From positions 603 through 64,602 of the forward strand of contig DATMBC010000080.1 of the NCBI GenBank assembly GCA_035559435.1: a stretch of 64,000 bases of DNA, given 5' to 3'. The notes beneath the pieces are model-generated. The model searched no databases. It was not told the origin of the DNA and saw only the letters and a program-made list of their open reading frames with translations. The stretch is from a bacterium (GTDB lineage Bacteria > Zixibacteria > MSB-5A5 > WJJR01). Positions 36,574 to 45,312 of the stretch are shown here, piece by piece (positions within the stretch are counted from its first letter, which is position 1; each line of letters begins with the position of its first letter). The translations under genes and the position numbers were made by a program.

Positions 36574-36715
36574 TTACCAGATCTCCAAGAATCCCTTGCT
36601 CCCTCGGTTGAGCTGCGACTTGTCTTGACCGAGTTTGTCCATCAACTTCTCGACACTTCCCAGGACGGCATGGTGGACGACGGTCGTCCATGCGCGCAGG
36701 TCCTGATGATGTATC
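36574..36715 (-). pseudogene. Tyrosine recombinase, C-terminal remnant
   Basis: My own translation: PIHHQDLRAWTTVVHHAVLGSVEKLMDKLGQDKSQ...IW*. This is an HxLR...LG pattern. The upstream boundary is approximate. Confidence 0.35.
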
Positions 36716-36719
36716 GGTT

Positions 36720-36990
36720 CAGCCAAAGTCGGACACGTAGAGGCCCTTTTCTAAGAGACGGTTTTGGTATCTTACTCTTAGCGAAAGGAGCCTGGCATGA
36801 GTGCCAAGCAGAGTCCCGGCCCGGAGGCCGTGGTCAAGGAGATCCGTCGTCAGACGCGTCGGAAGTTCACGGCGGAGGAGAAGATTCGGATCGTGCTGGA
36901 GGGTTTGAAGGGGGAGGCGAGCATTGCGGAGCTGTGCCGGCGGGAGGGGATCGTGGCGAATCTGTACTACCGGTGGAGCAAGGACTTCCT
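36720..36990 (+). mobile_element. IS3-family element, 5' fragment (orfA truncated after WSKDFL)
   Basis: OrfA-like KFTAEEKIRIVLEGLKGEASIAELCRREGIVANLYYRWSKDFL stops being homologous where the next IS begins. The left boundary is approximate. Confidence 0.55.
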
Positions 36991-37093
36991 GGGGACGTTC
37001 CCCCCAAAAACTGGACCACTTTGAGCTGGAGTAATTAGCTTCGTCGCGGTCCCTCCGGCTCCGCTTTGGGTGGACCGGGAAGGAGGAACAGCG

Positions 37094-37362
37094 ATGAGGA
37101 AGCGGTACTCGGAGAAGCAGATCGCCCAAGCCCTGCGGCTGTCGGAGCAGGGTGTGGCGACCGGGCAGATCTGCCGTCAGTTGGGCATTTCGGATGCGAC
37201 GTTCTACGCTTGGAACCTGACGGGAAGTATGCCGGGATGGGTGTGTCGGAACTGCGCCGGGTGAAACAGCTCGAGGACGAGAATCGGCGCTTAAAGCAGG
37301 TGGTGGCCGATCTGACCCTTGACAAGCAGATGCTTTCGGACGTGCTATCAAAAAAGGTCTGA
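37094..37362 (+). pseudogene. IS407-like OrfA, frame-disrupted
   Basis: MRKRYSEKQIAQAL...ATFYAW in one frame and KYAGMGVSELRRVKQLEDENRRLK in another. The 11 nt between (37214-37224) are not a multiple of 3. Confidence 0.6.
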
Positions 37363-37382
37363 AGCCTGCACGGCGGCGGGAA

Positions 37383-38234
37383 TTGGCTGTGTATCTGACC
37401 GAGGCGTATCGGGTGAGTCGGCGCCGGGCGTGCGGGCTTCTGGGGTTGTTGCGATCGACGTTCTACTATGTCAGCCATGCGCCGGATCTGAGCGCCTTGC
37501 GCCGGCGTCTCCGTGAGTTGGCGGCCAAGCGCCCGCGCTTCGGCAGTCCGCAGCTGCATCGCATCCTGCAGCGGGAAGGGAAGGTCCAAAACCACAAGCG
37601 CACCGAGCGGCTGTATCGAGAGGAAGGATTGTCGCTGCGACGGAACAAGCGCCGCAAGCGCAAAGCCCAAATCCGTGTGCTACCGCCACGGCCGGAGGCC
37701 CCGAACGAACGATGGGGTATGGACTTTGTCGCCGATCGCTTGATGGATGGCCGACGCTTCCGCATCTTGACCGTCGTCGACGTGTTCAGCCGCGAGTGCC
37801 TGGCCTTGGAGGCCGACTGCTCGCTCACCGGTCGGCGCGTGGTGGAGGCCCTGACGCTTCTGGCGTTGACCCGGGGCGTCCCGCCGACCATCACCTGCGA
37901 CAACGGCACGGAGTTCACCTCCCAGGCCGTGGACCTGTGGGCGGATGAGAACGGGGTACGGTTGGATTTCATTCGACCGGGCAAGCCCGTGGACAATGCC
38001 TTTATCGAGAGCTTCAATGGACGGCTCCGCGATGAATGCCTTAACAGCGAGATCTTCTTGAATCTGGAGGACGCAAAACGGAAGTTGCAGGCATGGAAAG
38101 ACGATTACAATCACACGCGGCCGCACGGCTCCCTGGGCGGACAAACCCCCTCGGAATTCGCGGCTGCATGGCGGTCAAACCAACCGCGCGAAGCCAAATG
38201 TCCTAACTTGGAAGTGGTCCAGTCGATGGGGTAA
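37383..38234 (+). CDS. IS407-like transposase OrfB (DDE/rve), normally made as OrfAB by -1 frameshift
   Basis: WGMDFV...CDNGTEFTS...NAFIESFNGRLRDECL. Confidence 0.8.
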   Translation: MAVYLTEAYRVSRRRACGLLGLLRSTFYYVSHAPDLSALRRRLRELAAKRPRFGSPQLHRILQREGKVQNHKRTERLYREEGLSLRRNKRRKRKAQIRVLPPRPEAPNERWGMDFVADRLMDGRRFRILTVVDVFSRECLALEADCSLTGRRVVEALTLLALTRGVPPTITCDNGTEFTSQAVDLWADENGVRLDFIRPGKPVDNAFIESFNGRLRDECLNSEIFLNLEDAKRKLQAWKDDYNHTRPHGSLGGQTPSEFAAAWRSNQPREAKCPNLEVVQSMG

Positions 38235-38237
38235 GGT

Positions 38238-38387
38238 CACTGGAAATAGCCCAGCCGCTCGCCGTAGACCGAGATCGTCTTCGGCGTAAGGTTCTTGGTG
38301 CGGACGTGGTACTCGAACTGCTTCAGTGCAGTCTGCATACGTCTATCATCGACTGCACCGATCAGTGCCTTGAAGTGACAATCCATG
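38238..38387 (-). pseudogene. Tyrosine recombinase, N-terminal remnant (49 codons)
   Basis: My own translation: MDCHFKALIGAVDDRRMQTALKQFEYHVRTKNLTPKTISVYGERLGYFQ*. This is the SAM-like N-domain pattern. The stop is supplied by the IS end. Confidence 0.45.
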
Positions 38388-38482
38388 AGTCAGACGCTCT
38401 TTTCTGGCATCTGACGCCGAAATCCTGCACCACTTCGGGCGGCGTAACTGATTGTAGGGGATAATGTTACCTACGGTTCAAG

Positions 38483-38556
<74 letters not shown>

Positions 38557-38661
38557 ATGCGCTGGCCGGGGCGGTGGGGCCGCTCCGGTTGTCGGCTGCC
38601 CTTGATACGATTTTGGGGGGCCAAAGTCAAGCCGATCGGCCCGGATTGGGGGTGCGCGGGC

Positions 38662-39288
38662 TCAGGGCGCCGGGCGGGGCAGGAAGTCGTCGCGGGCCGG
38701 GTCATAGGATGCCAGCGCGCCTTCATCCAGATCGAAATACCAGCCATGCAGAAAGAGTTCCCGGGCGCGGACCGGCGCGGCAATCCAGGGGAAAGTCAGC
38801 AGGTTGTCGAGCGAGACTTTGATCGCCTCTGTCTCGCAGACACGGGCGAGGTGGTCGGCGTCGGTTGCGCCGCCTGCGGCCAGCAGCCGTCGACGGGCCG
38901 GTTCGGCGATCTTCATCCACTGCGGGATGAACTCGCCGGTGGCATCGGTGACCAGCGCGCGGATGCCGGCGCAGTGGGCATGGCCGAGCACGATGATGTG
39001 ACGGACCTTCAGGACCCGCACGCCGAACTCCAGCGCCGAACTGACCCCATGCAGACCGCCATCGGGGGCATAGGGCGGCACGAGGTTGGCGACATTGCGC
39101 ACCACAAACAGATCGCCGGGGGCGGCATCAAACAGGATCGCCGGATCGGTGCGCGAGTCGCTGCAGGCGATCACGAGGAAACGCGGATCCTGCCCGCGTT
39201 TGAGGCCCTCAAACAGGGACGGGTTCTTCTCAAAGTAGTTGGCGCGGAAGCGCGCAAAGCCGGCCAGGAGATCGTCGATCTGCTTCAC
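38662..39288 (-). CDS. Beta-class carbonic anhydrase
   Basis: IACSDSR and GHAHCAG zinc ligands, plus VVRNVANLV. Confidence 0.9.
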   Translation of the reverse strand: MKQIDDLLAGFARFRANYFEKNPSLFEGLKRGQDPRFLVIACSDSRTDPAILFDAAPGDLFVVRNVANLVPPYAPDGGLHGVSSALEFGVRVLKVRHIIVLGHAHCAGIRALVTDATGEFIPQWMKIAEPARRRLLAAGGATDADHLARVCETEAIKVSLDNLLTFPWIAAPVRARELFLHGWYFDLDEGALASYDPARDDFLPRPAP

Positions 39289-39683
39289 GGGGTCGTCGGC
39301 GTTTCGGTTGCGTCCGATGGCTCATCCATCGAGACGCACTTAAAGAACGCGACATGGGTGCTGTCATCAAGAGCAACCGGCGCGTCAATTTTGGCGCGGA
39401 TCTGCTCCGGGGTGATGACATCGGGGTCATAACTCAGGACCGCCCGATGGTCGGAGGCGAAGGTTTCGATGGCGTGGATGCCGGGTGTGGTCAGCATGTG
39501 GGTGGTAAACAGCGAGGCGGTCCCCTTGCATTTGACGCCGTCGACGATGCACTCGACCCGGGCGCGGCCGCCCTCGCCGAGCACCACCGCGGTCGAGGGC
39601 TGGGTGAAGGCATAACGCAGGAAATAGCCGCCGACCAAGGCAGCGATCACGAGGATGGGCAGGGTCAGTTTCGGGATACGCAT
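39285..39683 (-). CDS. Membrane-anchored HMA-like domain protein (no CxxC)
   Basis: N-terminal TM helix, then a ferredoxin-like VECIVDGVKCKGTA...AVLSYDPDVITPEQI. 4-bp overlap with the CA gene. Confidence 0.45.
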   Translation of the reverse strand: MRIPKLTLPILVIAALVGGYFLRYAFTQPSTAVVLGEGGRARVECIVDGVKCKGTASLFTTHMLTTPGIHAIETFASDHRAVLSYDPDVITPEQIRAKIDAPVALDDSTHVAFFKCVSMDEPSDATETPTTP

Positions 39684-39691
39684 ATCGTCTC

Positions 39692-40456
39692 CTAAACGCC
39701 GGCGCGCAGGGTCAGGACATCCTTCTCCGGGCAGACCTCAACACATTCGAGGCAATTGGTGCAATCGCGGTTGCGGATCTGCGCGAGGGCATGGACCGGG
39801 ATGTTGTGCGGGCAGGCCAGTTGGCAGTGGCCGCAGGCGGTGCAGGTCTCGGTGTTGCGTTGCAGTTTGATCAGCCCCAGGCGGCTGAACGGATCGAAAA
39901 CCGCGCCCAGCGGGCAGAGATAGCGGCAAAAGAACATCGGGATGGCCAGGCCGCCCAGGATGAGGATCACCAGCACGGTGTAGGAGATCCAACCCACGGT
40001 GCCATGGCCGAAGCCGGAGAAGATGAGGTAGAAGGGGTCGTAGCCGCGCAGGACCAGTTCGCCGAGTTTGTAGGTGTAGTACAGCGAGACCACCAGCACG
40101 ACATAGCGCAAAAGCCGCAGCGTCCGATCGAGACGCTCGCCGGGAACCAACTTCCCCTTGGTCAGCTTCGCGCCGAGTTTGCCCAGCAATTCGCCGAAGA
40201 ACCCGATCGGACAGGCCCAACTGCAGAAGACCTTCTTGGCGATCAGCGCCAGTACGATCACGCCGATGAACAGCGAGAGATTCAGCGGCCCGAGCGCGCA
40301 ACTGAATTGCCCGGCGGTGAGAAGCCCCCAGAGACTTTCGGCGCCGCCGAAGGGGCAGAAGGCCTCGAACGAACGCGCGCCATATCCCAGCGCCAGCCAG
40401 ACCACCAGTCCCACGACGATTGTGAGCAGGGTATAACGGACATAACGGATCGGCAT
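39692..40456 (-). CDS. NapH/MauN-like polytopic 4Fe-4S binding protein
   Basis: CPFGG, CSWACPIG and FFCRYLCPLG, plus two ferredoxin CxxCxxCxxxCP motifs at the C-terminus. Confidence 0.75.
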   Translation of the reverse strand: MPIRYVRYTLLTIVVGLVVWLALGYGARSFEAFCPFGGAESLWGLLTAGQFSCALGPLNLSLFIGVIVLALIAKKVFCSWACPIGFFGELLGKLGAKLTKGKLVPGERLDRTLRLLRYVVLVVSLYYTYKLGELVLRGYDPFYLIFSGFGHGTVGWISYTVLVILILGGLAIPMFFCRYLCPLGAVFDPFSRLGLIKLQRNTETCTACGHCQLACPHNIPVHALAQIRNRDCTNCLECVEVCPEKDVLTLRAGV

Positions 40457-40830
40457 GCCTGGCTCCTCCGGCGCAGAAACCGCGCTCTGGGGAATATGTC
40501 GCCATGCGGCCGGGCCGTCTGTCAAAACGATCTGCCGGGAACCAGGATCGCCCGGCGCTGGCATCGACCTCGTGCAAATGAGCACAAGACACAAGCGATC
40601 TTAATGCGACCGACTCTATCCAGGTTTTGCCGGGCCGATTCGATGACGTGTCCGCGGTGTGCGCTTAGTGACTGCCGAGCGCCGGCGAAGATTGTCCGGA
40701 ATCTGATTCAGACACTGACAAAGTTTCGCGGGTGTCGGCTCTGCCGGTCAGATACGCGTTGACCATGGACGGCGCCGTGGTGCATTCATTCACGCAGTGA
40801 AATTCGTCACAAGTATGGGAGGATAATGCC

Positions 40831-42891
40831 ATGAGAGGGGTGTTCTTCGCCTTAGCGCTCGGCGCGGTCCTGTTCCTGGGTTTCGCGGAGGCATCGGCCG
40901 CGCCTCACGCGTTTTCGGTCATGGACATGATGGCCATGAAACGGATCTCGGATCCCAATGTCTCGCCGGATGGACGGCGGATAGTCTTCGTTCAGAGCGA
41001 AGTGGATCTGGATGCCAACAAGTCGCGCACCGATCTCTGGCTGGTGGATGTTGATGGCCAGAACCTGCGGCGTCTGACCACCAACATTGCCGGCGATTTC
41101 AATCCGCGCTGGTCGCCCGATGGCCAGCACATCTGGTTTCTGTCGACCCGCTCCGGTTCCTCGCAGGTGTGGCGTCTGGCGCTGGCCGGGGGCGAGCCGC
41201 AGCAGATGACCGATCTGCCGCTGGATCTCTCCGGCCTGTCCATCTCGCCCGATGGCCGCTATCTGGCTTTCACCGCCGAAGTCTTTCCCGATTCCTCCAT
41301 GGCGGCCACCAAGCGGATGCTCGATGCCGAAGAGGCGCGCAAGTCGTCCGGCCGTGTCTACGACCGGCTCTTCATCCGCCATTGGGATACCTGGGAGGAT
41401 GGACGGCGCGCTCATCTGTTCGTGATGCCGGCAGACGGGGGCGAGGCGAAGGACTTGGTGCCTGGCATGGATGCCGATGCGCCGGCCGGCGGCACCGACG
41501 AGTACACCTTCACGCCCGACAGCCGCGGCGTGGTGATTTCGGCGCGTAATGTCGGACGCGAGGAGGCCTGGTCGACCGACTTTGATCTGTATTATGTCCC
41601 GATCGATGGTTCGGCGCCGCCGCGTGATCTGACCGAAGCCAACGAGGCTTGGGACACCAATCCGGTCTTTTCACCCGACGGCAAAACACTCGCCTACCTC
41701 GCGATGGCGCGTCCGGGGTATGAAAGCGACCGGTATGTGATCATGCTGCGCGGCTGGCCCAACGGTGAGGCGCGTCCCTTGACCCCCAACTGGGACCGTT
41801 CCCCCGGATCGATCGTCTGGTCGCGCGATGGCCGCACGATCTACACCACCGCCAACAACATCGGCAACACCGCGCTTTTTGCCGTCGACGCCAGGTCGGG
41901 CCAGGCGAAGGTGCTGCAGGGCAAGGGCTCATTTACCTCGCCGTCGCCGGCGGGCAACCGCATTGTCTGCGGCATGAGCAACTTCAAATCGCCGCTGGAG
42001 CTGTACTCCCTTCGTCCGGACGGCGGCGACCTGCGTCCGATCACCCGCGTCAATGCCGAGACAGTCGCCAACATCCGCATGGGCGATTACGAGCAATTCA
42101 GTTTCAAGGGCTGGAACGATGAAACGGTCTACGGCTACATCGTCAAGCCGGTCGACTTCGATTCGCTGCGCACCTACCCGGTGGCGTTGCTCATCCATGG
42201 CGGGCCGCAGGGCAGCTGGGACAACAGCTTCCACTACCGTTGGAACGCGCAGGCCTACGCCGGCGCCGGCTACGCGGTGGTGACGGTCGACTTTCATGGT
42301 TCCACCGGCTATGGGCAGGCGTTCACCGATGCGATCCGTGGCGACTGGGGCGGCAAGCCGTTTGTCGATGTGCAGAAGGGTCTGGAGGCGGCGCTGGTGC
42401 GCAGCCCATGGATGGATGGGGCGCGTGTCGGGGCGCTGGGCGCATCGTATGGCGCTTACATGATCAATTGGATCGCCGGGAACTGGCCCGACCGCTTCAA
42501 GTGTCTGGTCAGCCACGATGGCAACCTCGATGAGCGGATGGCCTACTATGACACCGATGAGCTCTGGTTCCCCGAATGGGATCACATGGGCAAGCCGTGG
42601 GAGAATCCAAAAGGATACGAAGAGCACAATCCGGTCAACTTCGTGCAGAATTGGAAGACGCCGATGCTGGTGATCCATGGCGCGCTGGACTTCCGCGTCC
42701 CGTACCCGCAGGGGATCGGCACGTTCACCGCGTTGCAGCGGCTGGGAATTGCCAGCAGGTTCCTCTACTTCCCGGATGAGAATCACTGGGTGCTCAAGCC
42801 GCAGAATTCGGTTCTTTGGCACCAGACGGTCATCGGCTGGCTGGACCAGTGGCTGAAGCCGGCGGGAGAGACGGCGGATATCGGCAAGTAG
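40831..42891 (+). CDS. S9-family serine peptidase (acylaminoacyl/prolyl oligopeptidase type)
   Basis: Signal peptide, beta-propeller region, GASYGAYM nucleophile elbow, and a later D and H (ENHW). Confidence 0.85.
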   Translation: MRGVFFALALGAVLFLGFAEASAAPHAFSVMDMMAMKRISDPNVSPDGRRIVFVQSEVDLDANKSRTDLWLVDVDGQNLRRLTTNIAGDFNPRWSPDGQHIWFLSTRSGSSQVWRLALAGGEPQQMTDLPLDLSGLSISPDGRYLAFTAEVFPDSSMAATKRMLDAEEARKSSGRVYDRLFIRHWDTWEDGRRAHLFVMPADGGEAKDLVPGMDADAPAGGTDEYTFTPDSRGVVISARNVGREEAWSTDFDLYYVPIDGSAPPRDLTEANEAWDTNPVFSPDGKTLAYLAMARPGYESDRYVIMLRGWPNGEARPLTPNWDRSPGSIVWSRDGRTIYTTANNIGNTALFAVDARSGQAKVLQGKGSFTSPSPAGNRIVCGMSNFKSPLELYSLRPDGGDLRPITRVNAETVANIRMGDYEQFSFKGWNDETVYGYIVKPVDFDSLRTYPVALLIHGGPQGSWDNSFHYRWNAQAYAGAGYAVVTVDFHGSTGYGQAFTDAIRGDWGGKPFVDVQKGLEAALVRSPWMDGARVGALGASYGAYMINWIAGNWPDRFKCLVSHDGNLDERMAYYDTDELWFPEWDHMGKPWENPKGYEEHNPVNFVQNWKTPMLVIHGALDFRVPYPQGIGTFTALQRLGIASRFLYFPDENHWVLKPQNSVLWHQTVIGWLDQWLKPAGETADIGK

Positions 42892-42989
42892 TCGGGCATT
42901 GACGGTCCTGACGGATACGACAAAGCGGCGGCGCCGGGACTTCGGCGCCGCCGCTGCTGTATTGCAGGTTTTTCCCGTCGCTCGATCCG

Positions 42990-43709
42990 CTACGGACGTC
43001 CGGCCATGACTTCGCCATTGAGCGCCCGCGGGAAGAGCACGTTGTTTTCCTTGTGAATGTGCTGGTGCAAGTCGGCCTCGAACTGTTGCAATCCGTCCAG
43101 CAGCGCGCGGTAGGTGTTGCAGGCCCATGCCGGCGGATTGTATCCGTCTGTGAGGGTGGTCAGCCGCTCGAGGTTGGCGCCGGCGTCATCGTGCTCGGAT
43201 TCCATCTGGCGGATCGGTCCGGCGATCATGATCGCCGAGTCGGCGGCACGCGACGGGCGCTCTTCCATCTGACGGATCATCGGAAAGAGGATGCGTTCCT
43301 CCTTCATCATATGGCTGGACAGTTCGGCGGCCAGCGCGCCGACGGTGTCGCGCACCGCGGCCAGGCGCGGGTCGCGTTCGCCGTGCACCGACGCCACCTT
43401 TTGCGCCATCGCCTGCAGACGCGGCAGTTCGGCGCGCAGGTAGGTGTGGTGGGTCTGCTCGATATGGTCGGCCAGCGCGGTCAGGGACATCGCCGCGGCG
43501 TCAATGGCCGGCGCGCCGGCGCGTCCGCGCTCCGACTCCAGCCGCGCGATCACTTCATCGGTGTCGAGGTTGCGTCGACGGCAGGCCTCCGCCAGCGGCA
43601 CCTTGCCGCCGCAGCAGTAGTCGATGCCGTACTCTTCAAAGACACGCGACAGTTGCGGTTCCGCGGTGACAATGCCGCCGACTGTCGCGTCGGACTGAAT
43701 GGGGTTCAT
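42990..43709 (-). CDS. ric: Iron-sulfur cluster repair di-iron protein (RIC/ScdA/YtfE family)
   Basis: YGIDYCCGG N-domain and hemerythrin-like H...HHTYLRAE...H..KEE.ILFP...HIHKENNVLFP. AAGGAG lies 7 nt before ATG 43709. Confidence 0.85.
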   Translation of the reverse strand: MNPIQSDATVGGIVTAEPQLSRVFEEYGIDYCCGGKVPLAEACRRRNLDTDEVIARLESERGRAGAPAIDAAAMSLTALADHIEQTHHTYLRAELPRLQAMAQKVASVHGERDPRLAAVRDTVGALAAELSSHMMKEERILFPMIRQMEERPSRAADSAIMIAGPIRQMESEHDDAGANLERLTTLTDGYNPPAWACNTYRALLDGLQQFEADLHQHIHKENNVLFPRALNGEVMAGRP

Positions 43710-44366
43710 GGCGTGACTCCTTGTATGGTTGCTGGTGCTGTGACTGTCTTCGGATTCGACGGCGCCGTGCTCGCGGGCATGCCCGGCGGGCGCGTTGAGG
43801 TAGTCGTGCAGTCCCTCGACGAAATGGATGTAGTCAACGTACGCGGCGACGAATTCGCGCCCCTGTGTGACCGATTCGTTCTGGCGCGCGCCGAGCGTGG
43901 CGGCATGATGGAATCGCTCCACGATCGCATCGCGCACCGCTGCGGACATGTGCTCGGCCAACGCGTCGATCTTGCCCTGGGCCAGCGCTTCATCGGCCTC
44001 GGCCAGAATCGGCGCCACCGCGCCGGCGGGCTTGATGCCGGTGAAGGGCGCGCCTTCGGCCGCCCGGTGCACACGGATAAAAGTCTCGATGAAGAGGCGA
44101 TCGGCGATGGCGCGCGCCGACTCCGATTGGGCGCGCACTCGCCGGACGTCGCCGAAGAGCGCGGTAACCTCCGGCACGTCGGCGGGGGCGATCCACTTCA
44201 GCACCGGGGTGAGGTCGCCGTCGCTTAAGGCGGTACGGACCGCCGGAATGATCGGGCCGTCTTCGGAGTCGCAGTGCGCCCGGGCCGGGACGGTCCCAAG
44301 CAACAGGACCAGCCCCATGGCGCCGACAACGAGCAGGCGGCGGAGGTGTGGTGCGTGTGTCGTCAT
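43710..44366 (-). CDS. DUF6448-like secreted protein module; reads through in frame into ric (no stop codon)
   Basis: Signal peptide, then AHCDSEDGPII...LKWI...FIETFIRVHRAAEGAPFTGIKP, and a His-rich end. The next in-frame stop is the ric stop at 42990. Confidence 0.55.
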
Positions 44367-44391
44367 GGCATGATCTCCGCGTGACAGACGT

Positions 44392-45018
44392 TCAGTTTGC
44401 GTCCGTCGGTTTTGTGTGATCCGGCGCCGTGAGCGCCCGTTCGAGAATGCTCCAGACTTTGGCCACCCGTTGGGATTGGTCTTTGCGTTCGCCGGGGCGG
44501 GGACGGCTGTGCGCGATCGCGTGCAGGGCGCCGAGCACCACCAGCGCGCCCTCTTCCGGTCCGACATCGGCGGCCAGGTGCCCCCGAGCGCTCGCGGCGG
44601 AGAGGCAGTCGATCACAAACTGGCGTGAACGGCGCTTCATCTCGCGCAGGCGCTTCTCCCGCGCGCTGGAATGCGCGCCGGGGATCAGGTTTTCGGACAG
44701 CAACAGACGCGAAATCTCGGGGTGCTCACGGATGGCGCGTACCCGGTGTTCGAAGAACTGCCGCAGCGCTGAAAGCGGATCGTCGGCTTGGGGTGGGAAA
44801 CCGGCGAAAATGATCTCCTCGATCCGGTCGACGATGGCATCGAGGATCTCCTCCATCGAATCGAAGTGACGGAAGATGCTGCCGCCGGTGATGCCGACCA
44901 TTGCGCCGAGCCGCTCGGCGGTGAACTGACGCGCCCCTTCGATGGCGAGGATGCGCATGCCGGCGTCGACGATTTCGGTGCGGCGGATGTCGGTAGACTT
45001 GCGGGTCTCCGTTGTCAT
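44392..45018 (-). CDS. TetR/AcrR-family transcriptional regulator
   Basis: HTH region FTAERLGAMVGITGGSIFRHF. Confidence 0.85.
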   Translation of the reverse strand: MTTETRKSTDIRRTEIVDAGMRILAIEGARQFTAERLGAMVGITGGSIFRHFDSMEEILDAIVDRIEEIIFAGFPPQADDPLSALRQFFEHRVRAIREHPEISRLLLSENLIPGAHSSAREKRLREMKRRSRQFVIDCLSAASARGHLAADVGPEEGALVVLGALHAIAHSRPRPGERKDQSQRVAKVWSILERALTAPDHTKPTDAN

Positions 45019-45024
45019 GTAATG

Positions 45025-45053
45025 GTTATACGCAAGCAAGTATTTACTTGCAA
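45025..45053 (-). promoter_or_regulatory. Promoter with embedded 16-bp palindromic operator (45036-45051)
   Basis: Minus strand: TTGCAA, 17 nt spacer, TATAAC. The palindrome GCAAGTA tt TACTTGC overlaps the -35 and spacer. The -10 ends 6 nt before the tetR ATG. Confidence 0.55.
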
Positions 45054-45312
45054 CAACTTTCTGGCGATTTCCGAAGATTTCTGTCTTGGTTACACTGTTC
45101 GGGACACATCGAAATAATTTAGCGCGTTGTGCAACAAGCGGTTATGCTAATAGGGCCCACATGGAATAGCCGATTGGGTTCGCCTCGCCAGATCAGGTCC
45201 GATTTGCTTGGATCGGGTTGATTCACGTCTTATGTTGATCGGGTCGCCGCGGTGCCCTCGTCCCGGCGCCGGACGTAGCAGCCCAAACCGCAACAAACAA
45301 GGAGAGTTCACG

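Larger units (their letters stand above)
36991..38240 (+). mobile_element. IS3-family (IS407-like) insertion sequence nested in the previous fragment
   Basis: Terminal repeats share ACTGGACCACTT (37010-37021 and the reverse complement of 38212-38223). The right end is ...GGTAAGGTCA. Contains orfA/orfB with A AAA AAG at 37350-37356. No matching target duplication. Confidence 0.7.

Noticed and set aside
38389-38401. A 13-mer, agtcagacgctct, identical to tRNA positions 38523-38535, located just upstream of the integrase remnant. A related agtcagaaggt lies at 33346-33356.
   Set aside because: These could be integrase arm or core half-sites. However, a single 13-nt match without flanking similarity is too weak to call.
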